Shown piece after piece: positions 17,736-27,581 of a DNA stretch of 64,000 nucleotides. A program made the translations under genes and the position numbers. Under the pieces are notes generated by a model. It ran no database searches. It was not told the origin of the DNA and saw only the letters and a program-made list of their open reading frames with translations. Each line of letters opens with the position of its first letter. Within the stretch, counting starts at the first letter, position 1. This stretch comes from Candidatus Sericytochromatia bacterium. Lineage in GTDB: Bacteria > Cyanobacteriota > Sericytochromatia > S15B-MN24 > JAQBPE01. The stretch lies in the NCBI GenBank assembly GCA_040400605.1, contig JBBAPZ010000005.1, positions 32,001 through 96,000 of the forward strand, written 5' to 3'.

Positions 17736-19556
17736 TTATTTGGCTGAGGCGGCTTCGGGCACACCGGCTTTGAATTGCTCGTGATACAGGCGGGCATACA
17801 GGCCATTGATTTGCAGCAATTGGTCATGCGTGCCACGTTCAACGACGCAGCCGCCATCCAGCACCAAGATGAGATCTGCGTGGATCACGGTGGACAGACG
17901 GTGGGCGATCGCAACAGTGGTCCGATTGGCCATTAACGGCTGAAGTGCCTGTTGGATCAGGGTTTCTGATTGTGAATCGAGGCTTGACGTCGCTTCATCC
18001 AGTATCAGGATCCGGGGTGACTTCAAGATGACGCGCGCCAGCGCCAAACGCTGTTTTTCGCCCCCGGACAGCCGGTAACCCCGTTCGCCCACCACCGTGT
18101 CGTACCCCTCGGGCAGACGGGTGATCGCGTCATGAATCGACGCCGCCCGACAGGCTGCCTCCAATTCCGTCATCGTTGCACCGGGTTTGGCCAATAACAG
18201 GTTTTCACGCAATGTGGTGTGAAACAGGAATGGCTCTTGCGTCACGGTCGCCATCTGGGCCTGCAATGAGTCCAAGGTGACGGCGCGCAAGTCGTGTCCA
18301 TCCAAGGTGATGCGGCCCTGCGTCGGGTCGTAAAATCGCGACAGCAAATAGGTCAGCGTCGTTTTTCCAGCACCGGACGGACCCACGAGCGCGACCAACT
18401 GACCTGGATGCGCCTCAAAACTGATTCCGTCGAGTAACCGCTGATCCGCACGATATTGAAAACCAACCTGCTCAAACACGATGTGCCCTTCCACGGATGA
18501 CAAGGTTTTTGCATCGGGTTGATCCTGCACGGCGGGCGGAGCGTCAAGCATCACGAACAATCGGTTCCACACCGCAAAGGCTGACAAAACCTGTACATGA
18601 ATCGTCGCCAATGCCGCGACCGGACCATAGAGGCGACTAAGGTAAGCAACGAAAGCAACAATCGTTCCAACTGAAAGCGTTCCCAACATGGCCAAATGTC
18701 CGCCGTACCAGTAGACCAACGCGGGCCCAATGAACCCGAACAGCCCCAGTGCCAGCATAAACCACCGCCATACCAGCATCCGCTGCATCGACAAACGGCC
18801 ATTTTCACGCGCCACCGCGCGGTACTGCTCAAGTTCGAGGTGACGATGACCAAACACGCGCCGGATCAAGAACCCATTGATGCTCATCGCATCTTGCACC
18901 ATGGCGTGAAGATCAGCCCGGTTGTTGTTCAGCGCCGTCATGATTCGTTGACGAATCTTGCCAACCTGCCACGCGGGCGGAATGAAACAGGGCACAACCA
19001 GCAAGGCAAGGAGCGCCAGCTGCCAGTTCAGTGCCACAATCACCACCGCCGTTGAACACAAAATCACCACGTTGCTGGTCAGTGCAACCACCGTATCGGA
19101 AAATATGTCGGAAAGCTCGTTCACATCATTGTTCAGGCGTGAACTGATTTCACCCGGGCGAGTATTGGTGAAATAATCCATCGATTGCCCCTGCAGGCGG
19201 CCAAACAACTCCTGTCGCAAATCAAGAATCACGCCTTGGCTCAGGCGTTCATCCAACCAGGTTTCAAGTACACTCAGTAACCCCGTTACCAACGGTATCA
19301 TGATCATCCCGGCACAGTACCAATGCAGACGCGTCACGTCGCGCGCCGGAATGACATCATCGAGCAGGGCGCGTAACAAAAGCGGCGGAAACAGCCCCAG
19401 AAAGGCTGACAGCAAGATGACGATCAAAACGCCAAAAGCTTCACGCCTGTAGGGCTTGAAATAGCCGACAATTCGACGCAAGGCTGCCCAGGTGACCGGT
19501 GTTGTCTCGGCCTTGGCACCGTAACTGAGCACGTGCCAACCAAGCCCCCCCATCAT
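17736..19556 (-). CDS. ABC exporter, fused permease/ATP-binding
   Basis: TM domain plus GPSGAGKT, LSGGEKQR, LDEATS, IAHRLS. Confidence 0.95.
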   Translation of the reverse strand: MMGGLGWHVLSYGAKAETTPVTWAALRRIVGYFKPYRREAFGVLIVILLSAFLGLFPPLLLRALLDDVIPARDVTRLHWYCAGMIMIPLVTGLLSVLETWLDERLSQGVILDLRQELFGRLQGQSMDYFTNTRPGEISSRLNNDVNELSDIFSDTVVALTSNVVILCSTAVVIVALNWQLALLALLVVPCFIPPAWQVGKIRQRIMTALNNNRADLHAMVQDAMSINGFLIRRVFGHRHLELEQYRAVARENGRLSMQRMLVWRWFMLALGLFGFIGPALVYWYGGHLAMLGTLSVGTIVAFVAYLSRLYGPVAALATIHVQVLSAFAVWNRLFVMLDAPPAVQDQPDAKTLSSVEGHIVFEQVGFQYRADQRLLDGISFEAHPGQLVALVGPSGAGKTTLTYLLSRFYDPTQGRITLDGHDLRAVTLDSLQAQMATVTQEPFLFHTTLRENLLLAKPGATMTELEAACRAASIHDAITRLPEGYDTVVGERGYRLSGGEKQRLALARVILKSPRILILDEATSSLDSQSETLIQQALQPLMANRTTVAIAHRLSTVIHADLILVLDGGCVVERGTHDQLLQINGLYARLYHEQFKAGVPEAASAK

Positions 19557-19724
19557 GTTTTACATCCTCTCTTGGCTGGCTTTGATTACCTTGTCCCCGT
19601 CTCATTATGAACCACGTGACCCCATTTGGTCACGACACAATACGGGTCAACAGTGGCAGCCAGACGACGTGCCACTGAAGGGTCACGGTCAGCGCGCCAT
19701 AATGATGGGGAAGGAACGCGCCAC

Positions 19725-21143
19725 TCAATCGAATGTCGGTTGGCCGCCAACCAGTCCCGACCATTGCAAAACGCCAAGGGCATTCGTGTTGGTAGCCGGA
19801 ACACGGTAACGCTTATTCAGTGCGTCTGTGACCCCGCCCGCACGAATGATGCTACGATAGGCGTTCACGCCATCGGTCGGGATCCGGGTGAATTCCCCGT
19901 CGCGACATTCGACGCGATATAAACCGAAACGTGGCGAAAAAGAACCCCATTCATAGTTGTCGGTGATCGACCAGTGAACATAGCCAAACACCGGGATTCC
20001 CTCCTGAATGGCACGCTGCATTTCACGGATGTGGGCCAACAGATACGTGGCGCGGGTCCAACGATCCCCGCGCTGCACGTGGTCACGGGTTGCCATGCCA
20101 TTTTCGGCGATCAAGACAGGCAGGCGGTAGTTGCGGTACAAACGTTTGATCGCTTTGTAAAAGCCTGTCGGGTAAACCTGCCATTTTTCCGGTGAAGGCA
20201 AATTGACGACTTCACCGAGGCTGAGTCGCGTGTAGTAGTCCATGGCGACAAAGTCCATGGTTTTGCCACCTTGCACCCCTGCCTCGGATGACGGGTTGAC
20301 CAGTTGATCCATCATCCATCGATCCGAGTGAATGGCTTGTGCTTCAGGTGGTTCGGCTGGCGGTTTCGGCGTGAGTACCCACTCTGCGGTGTACCAATTC
20401 GTTGACACCAAGGCGTCTGGGTCATCGCGATGCAACGCCGCATAGGCGAGTTTGTGTGCGCGAATCATCGCGTAAGCGACTTTCAGCGCGACCACCGGAT
20501 CACGTTTGCCGGGTGGCGTGACGCCGGCCAGATACCCACCTGCCACGTAGACATTGGGTTCATTGAAGGTCAGATAGTAACGAAGCTCCGCACCAAATTC
20601 AGAGGCGATGAATGCCGCGTGACGCGCAAACATCTGATCCGCCTCCGGATGCTCCCAGCCGCCTTTGCGCTCAAACCACGCAGGATGTGAAAAGTGATGC
20701 AACGTGACGATTGGCGTCATGCCCCGCTTGCGTATCGCGTCCAGCATCTTGTGGTAATAGGCGATCGCGCGCGGATCAAGCTTGCCTTCCTCAGGCTCGA
20801 TACGTGCCCACTCGAAACTGGTTCTAAATGTGTTGCACCCCATTGATTCCGTCAGCGCAATGTCTTCTTCAAAACGATTAAGACCATCGGCACCTCGTGG
20901 GTTGCGCTCCTTTGTCTTTTCAGCCCGATCCCATTGTGCCCACTGTGAATCGCTGTCGTACCCTTCCCACTGATACCCCGCCGTCGACACACCCCATAAA
21001 AAACCGGGCGGAAACGCCGATTGCTGTTGCACACTCAAGCCTCCACCCACTTTGGGCGTGGCACCCAGTTGGGCACAACCAGCCAGCACACCAACCAGAC
21101 CAGCGACAATACCCCGGATATACCGATTCGATGATTCAAACAT
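19725..21143 (-). CDS. Glycoside hydrolase family 1, lipoprotein
   Basis: LAGC lipobox; FLWGVSTAGYQWEG, TFNEP, IAENG, WSITDNYEW. Confidence 0.92.
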   Translation of the reverse strand: MFESSNRYIRGIVAGLVGVLAGCAQLGATPKVGGGLSVQQQSAFPPGFLWGVSTAGYQWEGYDSDSQWAQWDRAEKTKERNPRGADGLNRFEEDIALTESMGCNTFRTSFEWARIEPEEGKLDPRAIAYYHKMLDAIRKRGMTPIVTLHHFSHPAWFERKGGWEHPEADQMFARHAAFIASEFGAELRYYLTFNEPNVYVAGGYLAGVTPPGKRDPVVALKVAYAMIRAHKLAYAALHRDDPDALVSTNWYTAEWVLTPKPPAEPPEAQAIHSDRWMMDQLVNPSSEAGVQGGKTMDFVAMDYYTRLSLGEVVNLPSPEKWQVYPTGFYKAIKRLYRNYRLPVLIAENGMATRDHVQRGDRWTRATYLLAHIREMQRAIQEGIPVFGYVHWSITDNYEWGSFSPRFGLYRVECRDGEFTRIPTDGVNAYRSIIRAGGVTDALNKRYRVPATNTNALGVLQWSGLVGGQPTFD

Positions 21144-21491
21144 AGCGTTCAGACACTCCCTCGTTTACACCGAATTCCCACTTCAATACTAAATTCAGAA
21201 CAATTTAATCAATCCTTAGTTTTATTGTGACAATTTATGCACAGTGAACTGTAAAAGAAAAATTAAAGGCTCAACAAAAACATGCTAAATTTTCGGTTAA
21301 AGGCATGCCTCTTGATTGAACCGCGTCGCGGCGAGATGTGAAAATGATGCTTCGATATAATGTGACGGTTGCCAAGCGGCTCAATTGTCTCAGGATGAAC
21401 ATTGTTCTTGGGCTGTTTGTGGATTTGCCAGCGATCGCCAAACGACGTCCCGGAAGCACGGGTGGTTGTCACGTCGCCTGCACGTGTTGCA

Positions 21492-21520
21492 TTGACGCCG
21501 GGTGAGTGCGCGCTTATACT
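21492..21520 (+). promoter_or_regulatory. sigma70-type promoter
   Basis: TTGACG, 17 nt, TATACT upstream of gene at 21585. Confidence 0.55.
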
Positions 21521-21584
21521 GCAGCAGACGGCGCAGGCTAGATCGGTCGTTTTGTGTGATGTATGAGACTCGCGTGATGGTTGG

Positions 21585-22286
21585 ATGAGTCAGCAGGAAT
21601 TGGCGCGTAGTAGCGTCGAAGCGTTTTTAGCCGATGTGGCGACGGCGTCTCCGGCACCTGCTGGAATGGGTGTTTCGGCTCTGTCTGGCGCATTGGCTGC
21701 CGCATTGGTGCGTTTGGTCGCAAATTTGACGGCCGGGCGCTCCGGATATGAACCGTTGACTGAAGAAATGGAGCGTATCATTGAGCGCGTCAAGGCGCTT
21801 GAACTGCAACTGTTGACGTGTATGGACCAAGAGTTGGCGGCCATCAACAAGTTGACGGAAGCCTTGTCGTTGCCGAAGGGCACGGGCGATGAACGGGATG
21901 AACAATCGGTGATTCGTCGCGATTTGGTGCGAATCTCTGCCCGTAGCTACGCGCTGATTCCGCTACAGATTGGTCAGGTTGGCATGGAAGTGGCACAATT
22001 GGCGGAGTCGGTTGTTCGCTATGGTAACCAGGAGCTTTTGGCGGATGCCGGCACCGCAGCGATGCTCGCCTGTGCCATGGTCAAATCTGCGGCGTTGCAC
22101 GTGCAAGTTAACGCCAAAGGTTTCGATGATGAGTGGGCGATAGAGGCGCGTCAGCGCGTCGCTGCCTGGCTGACGCGATTGCCAGGCATCGAAAATGAAC
22201 TTTGGCGCTACCTGCTGGCTCAGGTTGGCTGTAACCACTTGGAGCTGCGATCATCAGATGTTGGAAATGCAGGGTATGACGCCTGA
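21585..22286 (+). CDS. Formiminotransferase-cyclodeaminase C-terminal / cyclohydrolase family protein
   Basis: FLADVATASPAPAGMGVSA (cf. PxPGGGS), LVANLT, GNQELLADAG; motifs partly divergent. Confidence 0.8.
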   Translation: MSQQELARSSVEAFLADVATASPAPAGMGVSALSGALAAALVRLVANLTAGRSGYEPLTEEMERIIERVKALELQLLTCMDQELAAINKLTEALSLPKGTGDERDEQSVIRRDLVRISARSYALIPLQIGQVGMEVAQLAESVVRYGNQELLADAGTAAMLACAMVKSAALHVQVNAKGFDDEWAIEARQRVAAWLTRLPGIENELWRYLLAQVGCNHLELRSSDVGNAGYDA

Positions 22287-22287
22287 G

Positions 22288-22776
22288 TCAATCCTTGGAG
22301 AACTTTCCGAAATCGCCCGGTTTGACGTTTTCTAAAAATTCTCGGAATTTGGCATTTTCGTCTTCTTCGTGAGGCGCCTCAAGCGGTATGGCGTGTTTTT
22401 GCAAGACATTGTCGTCCACAAAAATGGGTGCATCCGTCCGCAGTGCCAATGCAATGGCGTCGCTGGGACGGGCGTCGAGCGTGAAGGATGCCTTGTTACG
22501 GACGAGGTGCAGTTCGGCGTAAAAGGTCTGCTCGCGCATATCGGCGATAAAGATGCGCTTCACGGTGGCATCCAGTGTCTGTATGGTTTTTGCGAGCAGG
22601 TCATGGGTCATGGGACGCGGTGGTGTAACGTTTTCGAGCGCCATCAAGATGGAATTGGCTTCCGCTTCGCCAATCCAAATCAACAGTGCCCGTTTTTGTT
22701 CGCTATCGCGGAGCAACACGATTGGATGGCGGGACTGGGCGTCCAGAATCACGCCAGAGACCTTCATCTCGATCAT
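22288..22776 (-). CDS. Bifunctional nuclease family protein (DUF151)
   Basis: LIWIGEAEA, RPMTHDL, DARPSDAIALA; AGGAG RBS. Confidence 0.92.
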   Translation of the reverse strand: MIEMKVSGVILDAQSRHPIVLLRDSEQKRALLIWIGEAEANSILMALENVTPPRPMTHDLLAKTIQTLDATVKRIFIADMREQTFYAELHLVRNKASFTLDARPSDAIALALRTDAPIFVDDNVLQKHAIPLEAPHEEDENAKFREFLENVKPGDFGKFSKD

Positions 22777-22891
22777 GACGATTCGCTCCTTGCTGAAATT
22801 CTCTCCGCGACAGTATAGCACGAGGGCTTTGCGCATCAAGCAATGGGCCGCCATTTTTTGGCGGAATCGCCGACAGGACAATCTGGCAGGG

Positions 22892-23242
22892 TCACAAGCG
22901 ATCGGTTTGTTGTCGTCGACTGATTTTTTTAAAGTACCCCTCGATGGCGATATAGCCGCCAAAGATACCGCCGCCCATTACGAGAAGTGCCAGGTCGCCA
23001 ATCACCTCCGCACCAGTGCGAGGAATCCAGGCCAGTTCCGTGAACACCATGACCAACGTTCTAACGGCTAACGCGCCGGATGCCACCAGAAACGCCGTGA
23101 CCATCCGTGAAAGCATTCCGCGCCCCAGCGCAGTTTTCACACGATTGGCCATATACAAACCAACCGAGAATGAGGCAAAACTGAAAAAGAACGTGATCAA
23201 ATTGATGAGAACGGCTACAGTGTGCCATGCTTCCAGGTTCAC
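22892..23242 (-). CDS. Small membrane protein (about 3 TM)
   Basis: GTG start with GAGG RBS; three hydrophobic segments. Confidence 0.6.
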   Translation of the reverse strand: MNLEAWHTVAVLINLITFFFSFASFSVGLYMANRVKTALGRGMLSRMVTAFLVASGALAVRTLVMVFTELAWIPRTGAEVIGDLALLVMGGGIFGGYIAIEGYFKKISRRQQTDRL

Positions 23243-23309
23243 GGCGTTTTCCTCGTGTTTGGCGATGGCTCGCAGAATGACAACACGGGTTGAGGGTGGT
23301 TTGGTCTGA

Positions 23310-24005
23310 TCATAAAACGCGACCATCAACAATTTGAATGACTTTTTGGGCCTGCGCAGCAATGTCAGGATTGTGTGTAACCAGAATGACCGTTTGCCCG
23401 GATTGTCTGTGATTGGCCAATAACCATGCGATGACCTGCTCTCCCGTGCGAGTGTCAAGGTTGCCAGTCAGTTCATCGCCCAGTAAAACCTCAGGTTGAT
23501 TGGCCAGTCCTCGGGCGATCGCTACCCGCTGCTGTTGGCCGCCTGACAGTTGATGCGGGCGATGGGAGGCGCGATGGCTCACCGCCAGGGTCTCCAACAA
23601 CTCCGCGGCCCGTTGCCGCGCTTTTTGCGGGGCCAAGCCCCGAACCAACATCGGCAGGGCCACGTTGTCCAAAGCGCTGAGATCAGGCAGCAAAAAGTGA
23701 AACTGAAACACAAAACCCACCATTCGATTTCGCAGGCTTGATAACCGGTTGTCATCCAACAGATGCGTAGCCACCCCATCAATGAGAATTTGACCCGCAG
23801 TGGGGCGATCCAACGCACCCAGCAGGTACAGCAACGTGCTCTTGCCACTGCCGCTAGGACCCGTGATGGCCACGAACTCACCCCGTGAAATCGACAGGTT
23901 CACCTGTTGTAACGCGGTCACAGGCTCTTCACTACCCGGCAGCGTCTTGGACACCGCGATGGCTTCCAGAATGGTATCGGTGCGCTTCGGTTGAGCCACA
24001 GTCAT
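23310..24005 (-). CDS. ABC ATP-binding protein, LolD/MacB-like
   Basis: GPSGSGKST, FVFQFHFLL, LSGGQQQR, GDELTGNLD, VTHN. Confidence 0.92.
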   Translation of the reverse strand: MTVAQPKRTDTILEAIAVSKTLPGSEEPVTALQQVNLSISRGEFVAITGPSGSGKSTLLYLLGALDRPTAGQILIDGVATHLLDDNRLSSLRNRMVGFVFQFHFLLPDLSALDNVALPMLVRGLAPQKARQRAAELLETLAVSHRASHRPHQLSGGQQQRVAIARGLANQPEVLLGDELTGNLDTRTGEQVIAWLLANHRQSGQTVILVTHNPDIAAQAQKVIQIVDGRVL

Positions 24006-25288
24006 CTGAATGCCTGCTTGCCGAGCCTGAGGCTGTACTGCGCTCCGTAAGCACCCGCTACCTCGTGACCCACGACAACACGTGGCGCCGTGCCCAAGGC
24101 CTCGGTTACAATCGCCAAAATTTTCGCTGAGCGCTGTTTCAACTGCGGATTCTCGATCAACTGCAAATCATTTTGGTTGACCGGTTCGCGCGCCGTTCGA
24201 ATCACTTGACAACCCCGCGCAGTGAGTGCGTTTGCCAGCAACAACACCTTTTCATCGGCAGGGTCATCATACGTTATGGCGATACTCGCCCGGGTACTAT
24301 CGGGTGCGTCTTCATCAAAATGAGCGACCAACCGTGATTTTAGCGAGTACCACCGAGCACTGTTAAACAGCCATTCACCGCGTTGGTTCACACGACCAGG
24401 CAAAGTCGCGTAGGCAACCCCTTCAGGCGGCGTCCGAATCAAGTCATCCAACAAACGGTCAAGGTCCGCATTCTGAAAATCGGTGGCCACCGTGTCACGT
24501 ACAACACCTTTGAAGCGCCACAAGGACCAGGCCCACTGACTGCGCAATCGTCGATGCCACTCGTGGAACAGCGCCTGGAGCCGCTCGGTGCGTTCGTCGG
24601 GTTCCCGAGCGCTGGCAAAAACGTACGCAAGGCTTTTGTCAGCATCCAAACGTTGCCAACCGCCTCCCACCTCAATGCCAAGTTTGTAATCCATCGAGCG
24701 GTATCGCAACGGCTTTGCAAAAAAAATGTCGTTTGGGCCGACCGCAGCGAGCAAGGCGCGCGCACCGTTTGGATCGATGGTGACCCGATGATGGATGGTT
24801 AACCCTGTCAATTCTTCAACTGTGTTGCTCACCAAGCGTAAGTCACCAATCGCCATCCCATCTCCCAGGGTGCCTGTGCCGACCTCACCCAAGGTCGCCC
24901 TCGTTTCACGCGGAATTGCCACGATGTAGGCCTGTCTCAAACGACGTGAGTGACCCAACACAAAAATGCTGTCCGCCAGGCGACGAGTGATTTTATCGAG
25001 TGGCTGAAGGGGCAATTGACGTGGGTCAATACCCACCACTAACGTGTTGCTCCAGTCGCTGTTGTCAGCCTGCGTCACGCGGCTTGCCGGCCAAATGAGG
25101 GCGATGGCACCCTTTGCGAGTCGGATGGCCCCCCAAGTTAACAGCCCCAAGACTATCAGGGACACAACAAGTCTCAACCACCTGGGCGGACCCCGGCGCC
25201 TACGCCTGCGGCGACGCAGGATGGCACCCAATGTTGGCGTTTGTTCAGTCGATGGCATCATATTTTCACATAACGTTACGGATGACAA
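24002..25288 (-). CDS. LCP (LytR-CpsA-Psr) family protein
   Basis: Basic N-terminus plus TM, TLVVGID, RLADSIFV, AIPRET, RTERLQ; start uncertain. Confidence 0.75.
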   Translation of the reverse strand: MSSVTLCENMMPSTEQTPTLGAILRRRRRRRRGPPRWLRLVVSLIVLGLLTWGAIRLAKGAIALIWPASRVTQADNSDWSNTLVVGIDPRQLPLQPLDKITRRLADSIFVLGHSRRLRQAYIVAIPRETRATLGEVGTGTLGDGMAIGDLRLVSNTVEELTGLTIHHRVTIDPNGARALLAAVGPNDIFFAKPLRYRSMDYKLGIEVGGGWQRLDADKSLAYVFASAREPDERTERLQALFHEWHRRLRSQWAWSLWRFKGVVRDTVATDFQNADLDRLLDDLIRTPPEGVAYATLPGRVNQRGEWLFNSARWYSLKSRLVAHFDEDAPDSTRASIAITYDDPADEKVLLLANALTARGCQVIRTAREPVNQNDLQLIENPQLKQRSAKILAIVTEALGTAPRVVVGHEVAGAYGAQYSLRLGKQAFR

Positions 25289-25454
25289 AATACCATACCA
25301 TTGCCAGAACTGACACGCTACACATGGTGTTGGCGTGTCAACTCGCCTGTGACGTCGCAGTTAAAGGGCGTTTTGTGGTGAGTCAAGCAGGTATCTTTGA
25401 GATGGGGTATAACTTGCTCGGATGGTTAAGTCTTTGGCGCTACGAGGAAAACAT

Positions 25455-25925
25455 ATGTCACAGGAACACGCTCAATTCAATGAATATGCGAAGTTTTTGA
25501 TGGGTAAGCATCTGGATGTGGTCTGTCAGGAAATATTGCTCGGCTTGCGGCAGTTTGATACGCCATTGTTGCAATTGCTTTTCAAGAAACCGGAGGCGGA
25601 GGCGTTGGCGTGGTTGAAAGCGCGTGAGCAGAGTTTTTTGGAAGCGGCTGCACAAGGAGCGGCACTTGAGTATGATCGGGAACGGTTGAAAATGTGGGAG
25701 ACAGAGGGTGTCGCGGGAATTCCCCAAGCGGCGCAAGATGCGACGGACATGTTTTTGTTTCACCTCGCCCATCGTCGTGCGCTGCAAAAGTTTGTCGCGC
25801 GTTATGCGCGTTCATCTTCGATGAAGATTGCAACGCTGGAGGCGATTGAGGCGCATTACGAGATTCTGTTGCCTTTTGCAAGGCAAGCCATGGCACGCTT
25901 TGCTGAATCAAGCCGTCGGGGGTGA
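25455..25925 (+). CDS. Hypothetical all-helical protein
   Basis: GAGG RBS before ATG 25455; helical composition. Confidence 0.6.
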   Translation: MSQEHAQFNEYAKFLMGKHLDVVCQEILLGLRQFDTPLLQLLFKKPEAEALAWLKAREQSFLEAAAQGAALEYDRERLKMWETEGVAGIPQAAQDATDMFLFHLAHRRALQKFVARYARSSSMKIATLEAIEAHYEILLPFARQAMARFAESSRRG

Positions 25926-27326
25926 GGCGGTCGGTTCGGTTGCTTGTGCGGGCTCATGAATGACAACAGATCGCTTTTTCGCGGTCAGTTGTCGCTTTCG
26001 GGCTTTTTTTGCCTTGCCCTTTGCGATTGACCGTTTGGTTGGTGTCCGTTTTTTTGTCTTTGACGTTTTGGGACTGGATGGTGATGGCTCCGCGGTTACC
26101 GGCTCGTCGTCGCGTTGCTTGGCATGGCGTGCCTTGGCAAGCGCGATGCGGTGGTCAGCATCGGTTGCTTCTCGAACGACCCCCTCGCGGTAAATGGGAT
26201 ACTCGAACGTGATACCCAGTGATTTCTCCAGCTTGTTAAGCAAGAACCGCTCCGATTCGGCGAACAGCGTGATGGCCAGCCCATTTTTGCCCATTCTGGC
26301 GGTTCGTCCCACGCGATTGACGTATTGATGCGGTGAACTCGGAAAATCAAGATTAAAAACGAGTGATACGCGCGACAAATCCAGTCCCCGCGCAGCGAGT
26401 TCAGTGGCAAGCAACAGGTCCAATGCGCCGGCGCGGAAGGCGCGCATGGTCGTCTGGCGTTCCAGTTTGCCAATCCCGCCGTGGATGATGCCGACACGAA
26501 CCTGATGATGCTTCAGTTTTCGGGCCAAAAAGTCGAGGTCAGCTGCACGATTGTGAAAGGCGATCGCACCCGTATTTGCCTCGTTTCGCAAAATGCGCCG
26601 CATGACGTCCAGCTTTTCTCGTGCATCCGTCGCGATGGCAAGATGTCTGAGTGTGGTTGGTAATTTGGGCGAATCCGCTTCAGGCGGACACAGCCGCACG
26701 GGATGCTTCAGATGTTGATCCGCCCATTGTTGAAGGTGAGGCGGGAAGGTCGCAGAACATAAAATGGTCTGACGAGACGGTGACAAGGCCTTCAGCAAGG
26801 TTTCACATTCGGCCCGGTTGCCGTCATCCAGCAGTTGATCCGCTTCATCCAACACCAGATACCGAAGGTGGGTCCCCTTCAGACGACCTTGACGTATCAG
26901 GTCGAGCACCCGCCCCAAACTGCCGATGACCACATGGGTCTCGCGTTTGAGTGCTTCAACCTGTCGGCTCGGATTGGCGCCGCCAAGCAGTGGCACGATT
27001 CCCCAGTCAGGAACCAGTTGCTTGAGTACATCGCGAATCTGCAAGCCGAGTTCAGCGGAGGGTACCAGCACCATCCCCCACGGTGCCGCGCGACGATCAG
27101 CTACCGTCTGGGTGGCATCTTGTGCCTCGAGTTCCAGACGCATAATCAAAGGCAGTGCATAAGCCAGTGTCTTGCCGCTACCTGTATGGGACTCAATGCA
27201 CGCATCAAGCCCATCGGGTAACTTTTGCAGACAAAGCGTCTGAATGGCTGTCGGCAGCTCAATGCCAGCTTTGCTCAGACGTTCACAAATCGCTGCAGAT
27301 ACGCCAAGCGATCCAAATGTTGACAT
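25908..27326 (-). CDS. DEAD-box RNA helicase
   Basis: TGSGKT, DEAD, SAT, ARGLD, NRVGRTAR; Lys-rich tail; GAGG RBS before ATG 27326. Confidence 0.93.
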   Translation of the reverse strand: MSTFGSLGVSAAICERLSKAGIELPTAIQTLCLQKLPDGLDACIESHTGSGKTLAYALPLIMRLELEAQDATQTVADRRAAPWGMVLVPSAELGLQIRDVLKQLVPDWGIVPLLGGANPSRQVEALKRETHVVIGSLGRVLDLIRQGRLKGTHLRYLVLDEADQLLDDGNRAECETLLKALSPSRQTILCSATFPPHLQQWADQHLKHPVRLCPPEADSPKLPTTLRHLAIATDAREKLDVMRRILRNEANTGAIAFHNRAADLDFLARKLKHHQVRVGIIHGGIGKLERQTTMRAFRAGALDLLLATELAARGLDLSRVSLVFNLDFPSSPHQYVNRVGRTARMGKNGLAITLFAESERFLLNKLEKSLGITFEYPIYREGVVREATDADHRIALAKARHAKQRDDEPVTAEPSPSSPKTSKTKKRTPTKRSIAKGKAKKARKRQLTAKKRSVVIHEPAQATEPTASPPTA

Positions 27327-27534
27327 GGGTTCCTCAATCCGTTTAATGATTTTCCGACAACGCCTGCTCACTGTAAAAGTCGGCAGCAACACGCATCGTG
27401 TTCCATTATATCCACGCGGTTCCATCGTCACTGTTCGGCCAGGTTGGGTTAAAAATGCCGACGACGCACCCACGGTTTTCGGTTGAGCTTTTGTGCCATT
27501 GGAAACCCATGCCGATTCAGTTGAAACCGACAAC

Positions 27535-27567
27535 AAAAAAGGCCGCCTCACCACCGGCGAGGCAGCC
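27535..27567 (-). terminator. Intrinsic terminator after subtilase
   Basis: Minus strand GGCTGCCTCGCC-GG-TGGTGAGGCGGCC followed by TTTTTT. Confidence 0.75.
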
Positions 27568-27581
27568 CTCGTTCAAATTAA

